Of a stretch of 64,000 nucleotides of DNA, positions 11,794-23,349 are shown in pieces. Under the pieces are notes generated by a model. The model saw only the letters and a program-made list of their open reading frames with translations. It did not search any database and was not told the DNA's origin. Each line of letters opens with the position of its first letter. Position 1 is the first letter of the stretch. The DNA comes from an uncultured delta proteobacterium (GTDB taxonomy: Bacteria > Myxococcota_A > Polyangia > Polyangiales > Polyangiaceae), in NCBI GenBank assembly GCA_963782055.1, contig CAWAIF010000003.1, positions 4,096,001 to 4,160,000 on the forward strand, in the 5' to 3' direction. Both the position numbers and the translations under genes were made by a program.

Positions 11794-13563
11794 TCACTTC
11801 CTGTCGAGGGCGAGGCGCGCGAGCCAGACGCACACGGCCGCGTTGGCCACGGCGAAGATGCGCAGCCCGACCGAGCCGAGGACGAAGGCCGAGTCCGCCG
11901 TGAAGGCGACCTGCGCGAGCAGCGCCGCCGCGCCGAGGGCGAAGCCGCCGAGCGCCGGGCGCAGCCGCTTCGACGCGAAGAAGAGCGCGGCGCCGAGCAG
12001 CGCGGGGCCCGCGCTCGCCAGGAGCATGAAGCGGTGCGCGCCCGCGCCGAGGAGCAGGTCCCACTCGCCGAGCGGGCGCATGGCCAGCTCGACCAGCCAG
12101 CGCAGAGGCCCGGCGTGGGAGGTGAGGCCGAGCAGCGGGGCGATGGGCAGCAACCCCACCGCGCCGAGCATCGCGCCGGCGACGACACCGGGTCCCTTCG
12201 CCACCGACCCGCGCCGGCGCTTGATGCGCCGCGCGACGAAGCCGAAGAGCAGCCCGAGCGCGAGCAGGCGCAGCACCAGGTGCGTCCAGAAGACGTGGTG
12301 GGCCGCGGCGGCCGCGTCGACGATGCCGGCGCCGTAGAGCTTGGCGTCGTCCTTCGGGCGCGCGGTGGACTCGAGCGTGGAGCGCACCGCGGCCGGGTCG
12401 GTCACGCCCATGCCGACGACCATCGCGGCGACGCCGGCGACGTGCGGCGAGGCCATGCTGGTGCCGTTGAAGGTGCCGAACATCTCGCACTTGTTCTTGC
12501 CGCCGTCGCAGATGGTCTGCTGCGTGACGTTCACCCCCGGCGCCGCCAGGGCGATCTGCGGGCCGCGGGAGGAGAACCAGGCGATGTTGTCGTTGGAGTC
12601 GGTCGCGCTGACGGCGATGACGCCGGGGTACGCGGCGGGGTAGCCCACCGCCTTGCCGCTGTTGCCCGCCGCCGCGACGATGATGACGCCCTTGCTCACC
12701 GCGTGGTTCACCGCGTCCTCGAGCACCTTGCTCTTGATCGGACCGCCGAGCGACATGTTGATGATCTGCGCGCCGTGATCGGCCGCGTAGCGGATGCCCT
12801 CGGCGACGTTGGCGACGGTGCCCCAGCCGGACTTGTTGAGCACCTTCACCGGCATCAGCGTGGCGCAGTAGGCCAGGCCGGCGGTGCCCACCCCGTTGTT
12901 CGTCGTCTGGGCGATCGTCCCGGCGACGTGCGTGCCGTGGCCCTGGTCGTCGTAGGCCTCCGCGCTGTTGTCGACGAAGTTCCAGCCGCCCTCGCAGTGC
13001 GTGCCGCCCAGGTCGGTGCCGCGCGTGAAGGGGCCCTTGTCGAAGCAGGCGACGCCGGTATCGACCACCGCGACGGTGACGCCCATGCCGCACGTGTAGT
13101 CCCACGCGCTCTCGGCGCCGACGCGCTTCAGGTGCCACTGCTTCGACGCGTAGAGCGGATCGTCCGGGACGAAGAGCGCGCGCAGCACGGTCATCGGCTC
13201 GGCGTGCTCGACGGCCGGGTCGGCGCGGAGGCGTGCGAGCACGCCCTCCACCAGCGACGGGTCCGCCAGGTCGGCGACCTCCAGCTTGTCCGTCGACTCC
13301 GACGCCGCGCTGTTCCAGTGCAGCGGCGCGCCCACCTCCTTCGCGACGGCGGCTTCCTCCGCGGGCGTCGCGTCGTCCTTGAGGTCGACGAGGACGACGC
13401 CGGGTAGCACGTCCCCGACGGAAGGCGCGAAGACCGGAGGCGCGTCGGCGGCGCCGAGTGAGGACGCCGCGAGGGGCGTCGTGGTGTCCCCGGCGAGCGC
13501 CGGGTAACCGAGGGTCATCGTGACGCCCAGGGCGAGCACGACGCCAGAGAGGTGGATCCGCAT
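11794..13563 (-). CDS. S8 (subtilisin-like) serine peptidase with C-terminal multi-pass membrane region
   Basis: Signal peptide, propeptide, catalytic VVDTG / HGTHVAG / GTSMASPH, AAGN oxyanion; about 5 hydrophobic C-terminal helices. Confidence 0.92.
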   Translation of the reverse strand: MRIHLSGVVLALGVTMTLGYPALAGDTTTPLAASSLGAADAPPVFAPSVGDVLPGVVLVDLKDDATPAEEAAVAKEVGAPLHWNSAASESTDKLEVADLADPSLVEGVLARLRADPAVEHAEPMTVLRALFVPDDPLYASKQWHLKRVGAESAWDYTCGMGVTVAVVDTGVACFDKGPFTRGTDLGGTHCEGGWNFVDNSAEAYDDQGHGTHVAGTIAQTTNNGVGTAGLAYCATLMPVKVLNKSGWGTVANVAEGIRYAADHGAQIINMSLGGPIKSKVLEDAVNHAVSKGVIIVAAAGNSGKAVGYPAAYPGVIAVSATDSNDNIAWFSSRGPQIALAAPGVNVTQQTICDGGKNKCEMFGTFNGTSMASPHVAGVAAMVVGMGVTDPAAVRSTLESTARPKDDAKLYGAGIVDAAAAAHHVFWTHLVLRLLALGLLFGFVARRIKRRRGSVAKGPGVVAGAMLGAVGLLPIAPLLGLTSHAGPLRWLVELAMRPLGEWDLLLGAGAHRFMLLASAGPALLGAALFFASKRLRPALGGFALGAAALLAQVAFTADSAFVLGSVGLRIFAVANAAVCVWLARLALDRK

Positions 13564-13876
13564 GCTTACCTCTTACGCGACGAAGTCGACTTTGATCTCC
13601 TCCAACCTTGCCATGGCTCAGGGCCCGTCAAAGGCCCGCCTGGGACGTGGGAGGCGAAGACCACGTCAAAGTGTAGCAATCCCCGGCGGATGCGCTCGGT
13701 GAAGAAACGTTTGCGGCCGCGAGCTCGGCCTGCCCCGAAGGGCGGGTGCGTGCGGGGGCGAGCGGGTAGGAGGAGGGCGACGACGTGCTCCGAGGTGCGT
13801 GATCGCTGCCCCGACGATGCGAGTGTGACCGCACTTTTGCATCGCGGCCGAACACCCAGCCTCTACAATGATCAGC

Positions 13877-15886
13877 ATGAAGAAGACTCTCGTCCTCCTT
13901 GGCTGCGCGGCGTTCGCCGCGGGGATCGCCGGGACTGGTGGCTGCGGCTCCACCAGCGACGACACCACCTTCCAGAACGGTCCGGACGGCGGGGGCCTGG
14001 TGGATGCCACGGACGACATCAACTTCTTCCCCGGGGACGACGGCGGCACCACCGCGACGCTGGACGTCGAGCCGAAGAACCCGGTCCTGAACTATCCCAC
14101 CGACAAGACGAAGCAGTTCCAGGCGCTGGAGTCGGGCAAGGCGGTGGGCGCGAGCTGGGTGGTGGACAATCCCTTCATCGGGTCGATGGACCAGAACGGC
14201 CTCTTCACCGCGACGGGCACCGTCGGCGGGACGGGCATCGTCACCGCGACGTCGGGCAAGGCGACGGGCAGCACCACGGTGAGCGTCATCGTCCACGTCG
14301 CGGAGAACCCGGGGAACGTCAGCGCCTCCGACCAGTCGAAGCTCAAGGCCGGCGGCAACGCGGACTCCGGCTTCAAGTGGCTCTACCCGTACGACAAGAC
14401 CGTCTTCCCGCGCGGGCTCGCCGCGCCGGTGCTGCAGTTCGCCGGCACCGCGCCCACCTCCTTCTACGTGCACATCACGTCCAAGTTCCTGGACTACGAG
14501 GGCTTCTACTCCGGCACCAACCCCGCGCGCATCACCATGTCGCCCGCCACCTGGACGACGATCAGCAAGAGCGCGCAGGCCAACGATCCGGTCACGGTGG
14601 AGGTGACCAAGCTCGCCGGCGGCGCGGTGACCGGGCCGATCAAGGAGGGGTGGACGGTCGCGCAGGGGAGCCTGAAGGGCACCGTCTACTACAACTCGTA
14701 CAGCTCGCAGCTGGCCGGCGGCGGCGCCACGCTGAAGATCAAGATCGGCCAGCCGGTCGCGGTGCTGCTCGGAGGGTGCCACGTGTGTCACTCGGTCAGC
14801 GCCAACGGCAACGTGCTCGCCGTGTCCGGCTCCGATTACCACAACGGCCAGACCTACGACCTGACCAACAACACCACGCAGATGGCGACCAACCCCAACG
14901 GGCAGTTCAGCTTCGGCGGTCTCACGCCGGACGGGGCCAAGCTCCTGTCCTGCGGCGCGATGCCCGGGACCTGGCCGCCCAACGTGCCGGGCATCTACGG
15001 CACGCACACCTCGCAGCTCATCAACACCAAGACCGGCGCCGTCATGTCCGCGCCCGGCTTCGACGGCAAGGTCACCTACGCGGTGACGCCCGCCTTCTCG
15101 CCCGACGGCAAGAAGGTGGCCTTCGACCACTACGACACCGGCAGCGGCCACACGATGGCCGTGATGGACTTCGACGACAACACCAACACCTTCTCCAACC
15201 TCACCGACGTCGCGACCGACAACGGCCACTACCTGGCGTGGCCGGCGTTCCTGCCCGACGACAAGACGCTGCTCTTCCACCAGGACAGCCACACCGACTT
15301 CGCGACCTGGTCCGGAGCACAGGCCAACCTGGAGGGGGTGGACATCGCGAGCAAGACGACGGTGATGCTCGACGCCCTCAACGGCATCGCCAACGGGCAG
15401 CCGTACCTTCCGTACGGCACCAACGACGTCAACCTGAACTACGAGCCGACGGTCCTGCCCGAGGCGGTGGGCGGCTACTACTGGGTCGTCTTCACCAGCC
15501 GCCGCTACTACGGCAACACCATCACCGACTCCTCGGCCTACGCGACGGCCCGGAAGAAGCTGTGGGTCGCGGCGATCGACATCAACGGCACGCCGGGCAA
15601 GGATCCCTCGCACCCCGCCTTCTATCTGCCCGATCAGGAGCTGAGCGCGGGCAACATGCGCGGCTTCTGGGCGCTCGACCCGTGCCACCAGAACGGCAAC
15701 GACTGCACGAGCGGCGACGAGTGCTGCACCGGCTTCTGCCGCCCCGACGGCGACGGCGGCCTCAGCTGCGTCCCGCCGCCCAACGGGTGCTCGCACGAGT
15801 TCGAGAAGTGCACGACGGCGTCGGACTGCTGCGACACCGGCTCGCTGTGCATCAACGGCAAGTGCGCGACGCCGCCGCCGAACTGA
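13877..15886 (+). CDS. Large lipoprotein: Ig-like domain, TolB/PD40-like beta-propeller, Cys-rich C-terminal repeats
   Basis: MKK + hydrophobic + GGC lipobox; GSMDQNGLFTA Ig-like; PAFSPDGKKVAF, WPAFLPD, WVVFTSRR; C..CC..G.C tail. Confidence 0.85.
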   Translation: MKKTLVLLGCAAFAAGIAGTGGCGSTSDDTTFQNGPDGGGLVDATDDINFFPGDDGGTTATLDVEPKNPVLNYPTDKTKQFQALESGKAVGASWVVDNPFIGSMDQNGLFTATGTVGGTGIVTATSGKATGSTTVSVIVHVAENPGNVSASDQSKLKAGGNADSGFKWLYPYDKTVFPRGLAAPVLQFAGTAPTSFYVHITSKFLDYEGFYSGTNPARITMSPATWTTISKSAQANDPVTVEVTKLAGGAVTGPIKEGWTVAQGSLKGTVYYNSYSSQLAGGGATLKIKIGQPVAVLLGGCHVCHSVSANGNVLAVSGSDYHNGQTYDLTNNTTQMATNPNGQFSFGGLTPDGAKLLSCGAMPGTWPPNVPGIYGTHTSQLINTKTGAVMSAPGFDGKVTYAVTPAFSPDGKKVAFDHYDTGSGHTMAVMDFDDNTNTFSNLTDVATDNGHYLAWPAFLPDDKTLLFHQDSHTDFATWSGAQANLEGVDIASKTTVMLDALNGIANGQPYLPYGTNDVNLNYEPTVLPEAVGGYYWVVFTSRRYYGNTITDSSAYATARKKLWVAAIDINGTPGKDPSHPAFYLPDQELSAGNMRGFWALDPCHQNGNDCTSGDECCTGFCRPDGDGGLSCVPPPNGCSHEFEKCTTASDCCDTGSLCINGKCATPPPN

Positions 15887-15892
15887 GGCTTC

Positions 15893-16168
15893 TCAATCCC
15901 TGCGGCGGGAGAAGATGCCGAGCACCGCCACGAAGAGGGCGGAGCCGACAATCGACCACACCACCGGGAAGGCCTGTCCGCCGACGTGGACGGTGAACCA
16001 CTCCGGCAGCTTCAGCCAGTGGGCGACGTACATGCCGAGCAGCGCGCCGATGAAGCCCAGGCCGATGGACGCGAGGCAGCCGCCACGGCGGGCGCCGGCG
16101 ATGAAGCGCCCGACCGAGCCGCACACGCCCGCGACCAGGAGCAACAGCAGGATGGATCCGATCGACAT
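15893..16168 (-). CDS. GlsB/YeaQ/YmgE (transglycosylase-associated) small membrane protein
   Basis: 91 aa, SIGLGFIGALLG and WSIVGSALFV motifs; ATG overlaps the upstream stop (TGATG). Confidence 0.85.
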   Translation of the reverse strand: MSIGSILLLLLVAGVCGSVGRFIAGARRGGCLASIGLGFIGALLGMYVAHWLKLPEWFTVHVGGQAFPVVWSIVGSALFVAVLGIFSRRRD

Positions 16169-16989
16169 CAGCGACCTCCGTCCGCCGCCAGGGCACGGAA
16201 GCGCTGCTCCGGGCCGTGGGGCGCGTAGAACTGCAGGGCGACGACGCGGGCGCCCGGGTCGGGCGTCAAGGCGTGCAGCGTCCCCGGCGGGATGGAGACG
16301 ACCTCCCGCGGGCCGAAGTGACGCGCCTTGCCCGCGAGCGTCAGCGTGCCGGAGCCGCGCATCACGCACAGCACCTCCCACGACCCCGGGTGAGCGTGCT
16401 CCGCCACCGGCGTCGCCACCTCCAGGTCCGAGATGGCGGCGTAGGGCGCGTCCCCCTTCTCCGCCAGGATGCGCACGCGCATCTTCCCGCCCGCCCAGGT
16501 GAGCTGCGGGACGGCCCGGGCGCGCAGCACCTTCTTCTCCAGCCGGGTGAACTGGCCGGGCTCGCACACCATCCCCCGCGCGATGGCGAAGGCGACGGTG
16601 GCCTTGCCGGTGACCTCGTAGCCACCCTTGCCCTGCGTGACGAGCACGTCCCCGGGGCCGAGCGTCTGACCGAGCGCCTGCACCTTGCCGTCCACCGGCG
16701 CGACGATGCGCTGCTCGCAGGCCACGTGCTCGACGTGCATGGCCCCGGCGGAGAGGTCGACGAACTTCGCGGTGACCGGCACGTAGGCGTCCTTCGCGCC
16801 GGCGTCCTGGGGCGCGCCCGCGGCCGCGCTGGCGGTGGGGGTCGCGCCCGCGGTGGTGGCAGGGGCAGCCGCGGCGTCGACCCGGACGATGGTGAGCGGC
16901 GGGCCGGTCACCGTCTGCACGTCCTCCTTCTCGTGGCACGCGGCCAGCGAGAGCGCGACGGCGAAGAGCAGGCGGGCGCGCACCGTCAC
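16168..16989 (-). CDS. Cupin-domain lipoprotein
   Basis: GTG overlaps the lipA stop; LAAC lipobox; HAHPGSWE...GSG...IPPGTLH cupin motifs. Confidence 0.8.
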   Translation of the reverse strand: MTVRARLLFAVALSLAACHEKEDVQTVTGPPLTIVRVDAAAAPATTAGATPTASAAAGAPQDAGAKDAYVPVTAKFVDLSAGAMHVEHVACEQRIVAPVDGKVQALGQTLGPGDVLVTQGKGGYEVTGKATVAFAIARGMVCEPGQFTRLEKKVLRARAVPQLTWAGGKMRVRILAEKGDAPYAAISDLEVATPVAEHAHPGSWEVLCVMRGSGTLTLAGKARHFGPREVVSIPPGTLHALTPDPGARVVALQFYAPHGPEQRFRALAADGGR

Positions 16990-18029
16990 TCCGGCCGGCG
17001 CAGCAGCGCCTCGGCGGGGAGCAGCGCGGCCGCCGTCCGCGCCGCGAGCTCCGCGGTGCTGCGCGGCGCCTGACCGCCCGCGCGCTCGGCGGCGGCGCGC
17101 GACTCGGCCAGCCGCTCGCCGAGCAGGGCGTCGGCGCCCTCGCGATCGCCCGGGCGCAGGATGCTCCGCACGAACACCTCCGCCGCCTTGTACGAGCTGC
17201 GCACGAGCGGGGCGCTCGCCACGAAGGCGAAGCCCAGCTTGCGCGCCTCCTCGGCGAAGCGGTCGAAGACCGCCGGCTCGACGTAACGGTCCACCGGCGC
17301 GTGCTTCGGGGTCGGGCGCAGGTACTGCCCGAGCGTCACCAGGTCCACCCCGGCGCCCCGAAGGTCCGCCAGCGTCTCGAGCACCTCGTCGTCCGTCTCC
17401 CCGATACCCACCATGACCGAGCTCTTGGTGACGCGCGCCGGATCCCGGTCCTTCACGCGGCGCAGCACGCGCAGCGACTGGTCGTAGTCGCAGCGCACGT
17501 CGCGGATCCTGCGGGTGAGGCGGCGCACGACCTCGATGTTGTGGGCCCACACGTCCGGCTTCGCGTCGACGGTCGTGTCCACGTAGTCCATGTGCCCCTG
17601 GAAGTCGCCGAGGAGCGTCTCGACGAGCATGTCCGGGCGGAGCTCCTTCAGGCGCGTGACGGTGCGCGCCACGTGCGAGGCGCCGCCGTCCAGGAGGTCG
17701 TCGCGGTCCACCATGGTGATGACGACGTACTGCAGCCCGAGCTGCGACAGCGCGCGGGCGACGTGCTCCGGCTCCCGCCCATCCACCGCGCCGCGCGGGT
17801 TGCCGGTGGTCACCGCGCAGAAGCGGCAGCCGCGGGTGCAGGTGTCGCCCAGGAGCATCACCGTGGCGGTGCCCTCCGTCCAGCACTCGCCGACGTTGGG
17901 GCAGCGAGCCTCCTCGCACACCGTGTGCAGGTCGAGCGCGCGGAAGGTCTCCTTCAGGTGCGTGTAGCTGGCGCCGCCGGGGGCGCGCACCTTCAGCCAG
18001 GGGGGTTTGGGAGCAAAGCGCTCGGTCAC
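16986..18029 (-). CDS. lipA: Lipoyl synthase
   Basis: KPPWLK, CEEARCPNVGEC, CTRGCRFC, GQYLRP, RSSY motifs. Confidence 0.96.
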   Translation of the reverse strand: MTERFAPKPPWLKVRAPGGASYTHLKETFRALDLHTVCEEARCPNVGECWTEGTATVMLLGDTCTRGCRFCAVTTGNPRGAVDGREPEHVARALSQLGLQYVVITMVDRDDLLDGGASHVARTVTRLKELRPDMLVETLLGDFQGHMDYVDTTVDAKPDVWAHNIEVVRRLTRRIRDVRCDYDQSLRVLRRVKDRDPARVTKSSVMVGIGETDDEVLETLADLRGAGVDLVTLGQYLRPTPKHAPVDRYVEPAVFDRFAEEARKLGFAFVASAPLVRSSYKAAEVFVRSILRPGDREGADALLGERLAESRAAAERAGGQAPRSTAELAARTAAALLPAEALLRRPE

Positions 18030-18039
18030 GCCCCAGACC

Positions 18040-19077
18040 TTAGTGCCTCGACCCGGAGGCGTCGAGTTCGGCCGGCGCGAGCGCCCCCCGCTCGGTCACG
18101 ATGCTCCCGACGAGCCGCGCGGGCGTCACGTCGAAGGCGGGGTTGTAGACGGCCGCGCCTTCCGGGGCGACGCGCGTGCCCCCCACGTGGCTGACCTCCC
18201 GCGGCTCGCGCTGCTCGATGGGGATGTCCGCGCCGGTGGCGCACGCCAGGTCGACCGTGGTCCAGGGCGCGGCGACGTGGAAGGGCACGCCGTGCACGCC
18301 GGCGAGGCACGCCAGCCCGTACGTGCCAATCTTGTTGGCGACGTCGCCGTTTCGCGCGATGCGGTCGGCGCCGGTCACCACCGCCGACACCCGCCGCGTC
18401 GCCATCACGTGGGCGGGCATGCCGTCGGTGATCAGCGTCACCGGGATGCCGTCCTTCACCAGCTCCCACGCCGTCAGCCGGGCGCCCTGGAGCACCGGCC
18501 GCGTCTCGCACGCGATCACCTCGCGGAGCTTGCCCGCCGCGTGGGCGGCGCGCACCACACCGAGGGCTGTGCCGTACCCGCCGGTGGCCAGCGCCCCGGC
18601 GTTGCACACCGTCATCACCACCGCCTCGTCCGGCAGCAGCGCCGCGCCCGCCCGGCCGATGGCGCGGCAGGCCTCCACGTCGGCGCGGTGGTACGCGCGC
18701 GCGCGCTCGGCCAGCGCGCCGACGCCGGCCGACTCCCGCGCCGCCCTGGCGATGAGCCCGACGCCGTGCGCCAGGTTGACCGCCGTCGGCCGCGCGGACG
18801 CAAGCACGGGCGCTGCCTCCTCGACCTGACCGGCGCGCGACGCCAGGACCATGCCGTACGCCCCCGCGATGCCGATGGCGGGCGCGCCTCGCACCACCAG
18901 CCTCCGGATGGCCTCCGCCACCTCCTGCCAGGTGCGCAGCACCACGTAGCGCTCCTCGACGGGCAGCAGGCGCTGGTCCAGCAGCACCACGGCGTCGTCG
19001 GCCGGGAGCAGCTCGACTGCAGAATAGTCGGCGCCGCTGAGGGGCGCGGGGTGCAAGCCGTGGAGCGGAGTGCCCAT
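18040..19077 (-). CDS. mtnA: S-methyl-5-thioribose-1-phosphate isomerase
   Basis: [60 protein letters not shown]. Confidence 0.95.
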   Translation of the reverse strand: MGTPLHGLHPAPLSGADYSAVELLPADDAVVLLDQRLLPVEERYVVLRTWQEVAEAIRRLVVRGAPAIGIAGAYGMVLASRAGQVEEAAPVLASARPTAVNLAHGVGLIARAARESAGVGALAERARAYHRADVEACRAIGRAGAALLPDEAVVMTVCNAGALATGGYGTALGVVRAAHAAGKLREVIACETRPVLQGARLTAWELVKDGIPVTLITDGMPAHVMATRRVSAVVTGADRIARNGDVANKIGTYGLACLAGVHGVPFHVAAPWTTVDLACATGADIPIEQREPREVSHVGGTRVAPEGAAVYNPAFDVTPARLVGSIVTERGALAPAELDASGSRH

Positions 19078-19187
19078 GCGCGGAGCATACCGCAACGCTG
19101 CGGCCGAGCTCGCGGACGCCTCCCGTGCAGATGCGCGCTCGCGTATGGCTCACGAGCTGCTAGCATCGCCTCAGCCGCGGGGGTCTC

Positions 19188-21140
<1,953 letters not shown>

Positions 21141-21151
21141 CGCCCATCCTC

Positions 21152-21958
21152 TCAGCGCCCGGCGAGGGCGGCGCGCTGCTTCTCGATGTTGGCGGCGGGC
21201 GCGCCGAGCTCCTCCGCGCGGTCGAGCGCCTGCTTCGCCTCCCCCTTGCGTCCCAGCCTGGCGAGGGCCCACGCGCGCCCGAGCTCCCCGGCGGCGTAGC
21301 GCGGGTGCCCGGCCATCAGGGCGTCGTAGGCGGCGAGCGCCGCGCGGGCGTCCCCGCGCACGACGGCGACGGTGGCCAGGCCGAGCATGTTGGTGGCGTC
21401 GTTCGGGTTCGCCTTCAGTCCCTCGCGATACGCGGCCTGGGCGCCGTCCAGATCCTGCAGGTGCAGCCGCACCAGCCCGAGCACGTGGAAGGTCTCGGCG
21501 TCTCGCGCGCCGCGACGCACCGCCTCCTCCAGCCGCGGGCGCGCCTCCGCCGCCTCCCCCCAGCGGGCGCAGCGCATCCCGCCCTCGCGCGGTCCGGCGG
21601 GCGACTTCGGCGCGCGGTCGGCGGCCTCGTCGTAGGCGGCGAGCGCCTCGTCGAACTGGTGCACCAGCTCGTAGGCGTGCCCCAGCTCGATCCACGGCGC
21701 CGGGTCCCCGCTGGGGACGCGCTTGGCGATCTCCCCCACCTCCGCGCGCGCCGCGCCCATGTCCCCCTGGAAGGCGAGCACGCGCACCAGGAGCCTGCGC
21801 GCCGGAAGGTCGTCGGGGTGCTTCGCCAGGTCGTCGCGCAGGAAGGCCACCGCCTGCGGCTCGCGCCCCTGGCGAACCAGCTCCATCGCGTGGTCCACCG
21901 GCGGCTGCGCGGCGCAGCCGCACGCGAGCACCAGGAGCGAGATCAGGACGCGACGCAT
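21152..21958 (-). CDS. TPR-repeat lipoprotein
   Basis: MRRVLISLLVLACGC lipobox; TPR-like helical repeats; TATAAC 6 nt before the ATG. Confidence 0.82.
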   Translation of the reverse strand: MRRVLISLLVLACGCAAQPPVDHAMELVRQGREPQAVAFLRDDLAKHPDDLPARRLLVRVLAFQGDMGAARAEVGEIAKRVPSGDPAPWIELGHAYELVHQFDEALAAYDEAADRAPKSPAGPREGGMRCARWGEAAEARPRLEEAVRRGARDAETFHVLGLVRLHLQDLDGAQAAYREGLKANPNDATNMLGLATVAVVRGDARAALAAYDALMAGHPRYAAGELGRAWALARLGRKGEAKQALDRAEELGAPAANIEKQRAALAGR

Positions 21959-22073
21959 GCGGTGGTTATAGCGCGGCGCGCCGACCCCATGAGCGTTCGC
22001 GATCGCGCACGAGGGGGTAGCCGCCGGATGCACGCTGACCTAGTCTGCCCGCCCCGAAGGAGACGAAGAGACC

Positions 22074-22952
22074 ATGGCGGAGCTGGACGGCATTCGAGTC
22101 CTCGGCGTGCTCGGCGCCGGGCAGATGGGCGGTGGCATCGCGCAGGTGGCGGCGGCGGCGGGCTACGACGTCCGGCTCTGCGACGCCACGCTCGAGCTGG
22201 CGCAGAAGGGCATCGGGCGCATCGACGCGGTGCTCGCCCGGCGGGTGGAGAAGCGCAAGATGGACGCAGCGGCGCACAAGGCGCTCGTCGCGCACATCAA
22301 GGCCGTCGGCAGCCCGGCGGACTTCGCCGACTGCGATCTGGTCGTGGAGGCCGCGACCGAGAACGTGGAGCTCAAGCTCTCCCTCTTCGCCGCGTGTGAC
22401 CGGGCGCTACGTCCGGGCGCGTACCTCGCCAGCAACACCTCGTCCATCTCGCTGACGCGCCTGGCCGCCTGCACGACGCGGCCGGAGAGGGTGGTGGGCC
22501 TGCACTTCATGAACCCCCCTCCGCTGATGCAGCTGGTGGAGCTGGTGCGCGCGGCGCAGACGAGCGACGAGACCTACGCGCTCGCCAAGGCGCTCGCCGA
22601 GAAGATGGGCAAGTCGGTGGTCACCAGCAAGGACGCGCCGGGCTTCCTCGTCAACCGCATGCTCATCCCCATGCTCTGCGAGGCGATCTTCGCGCTCGAG
22701 CAGGGGCTCGGCACGCCGGAGGACATCGACACCGGCGCCAAGCTCGGCCTCAACCACCCGATGGGCCCGCTCGAGCTGTCCGACCTCATCGGCCTCGACA
22801 CCGTCCTCTTCATCGCGGAGGTGCTGCACCGCGATTTCGGCGACAGCAAGTACCGGGCGCCCACGCTGCTACGCAACCTGGTGGCGGCAGGGTGGGTCGG
22901 CAAGAAGGCCGGCCGGGGCTTCTACCGCTACGAGAAGGGCCAGAAGGTCTAG
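22074..22952 (+). CDS. hbd: 3-hydroxybutyryl-/3-hydroxyacyl-CoA dehydrogenase
   Basis: GAGQMGGGIA, EAATEN..K, ASNTSS, GLHFMNP, PGFLVNR, HPMGP; SD AAGGAG. Confidence 0.92.
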   Translation: MAELDGIRVLGVLGAGQMGGGIAQVAAAAGYDVRLCDATLELAQKGIGRIDAVLARRVEKRKMDAAAHKALVAHIKAVGSPADFADCDLVVEAATENVELKLSLFAACDRALRPGAYLASNTSSISLTRLAACTTRPERVVGLHFMNPPPLMQLVELVRAAQTSDETYALAKALAEKMGKSVVTSKDAPGFLVNRMLIPMLCEAIFALEQGLGTPEDIDTGAKLGLNHPMGPLELSDLIGLDTVLFIAEVLHRDFGDSKYRAPTLLRNLVAAGWVGKKAGRGFYRYEKGQKV

Positions 22953-23083
22953 CGGACCATCGCCGGGGGGGCGGTGCGCTCGGCGACGCGCTCGTCGGAC
23001 GGGCCCACGGCCCACGCCACCCCGGCGAGGAAGGCGAACAGCCAGAGCGCGACGCAGGCACGGAAGGCACGAGACGAAAGCAT
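22949..23083 (-). CDS. Putative 44-aa small membrane/secreted peptide (not in ORF track)
   Basis: MLSSRAFRACVALWLFAFLAGVAWAVGPSDERVAERTAPPAMVR*; its stop overlaps the hbd stop in CTAG. Confidence 0.4.
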   Translation of the reverse strand: MLSSRAFRACVALWLFAFLAGVAWAVGPSDERVAERTAPPAMVR

Positions 23084-23349
23084 CAAACGACAATCCATTA
23101 CAAGTCCCGAGCCAGACTGTCATTTCGCGGACTTGGCGTCCAGAAGTTGTCGCCTCCCCGTGACATTGCTGTCATGGCGCGCGCAGGATGTGCTGGCCAG
23201 ACACACGGGGTGCGTCCGTCCAGTGGTCGGCCGGAGACGTCGAACCGCGAGCACGCTTGCGGTCCGAGGGGCCGCCGCCTGGTGGGGGGGCGTTGCCATC
23301 GAGGGACGAGGGGTTGACCGCCGGGCGGGGGCCACGTAAGCGCCACGGT

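Noticed and set aside
13573..13614. 13-codon minus-strand uORF (MARLEEIKVDFVA) just before the S8 peptidase
   Set aside because: No SD, no attenuator structure or regulatory codon run; it overlaps the likely promoter region and could be chance
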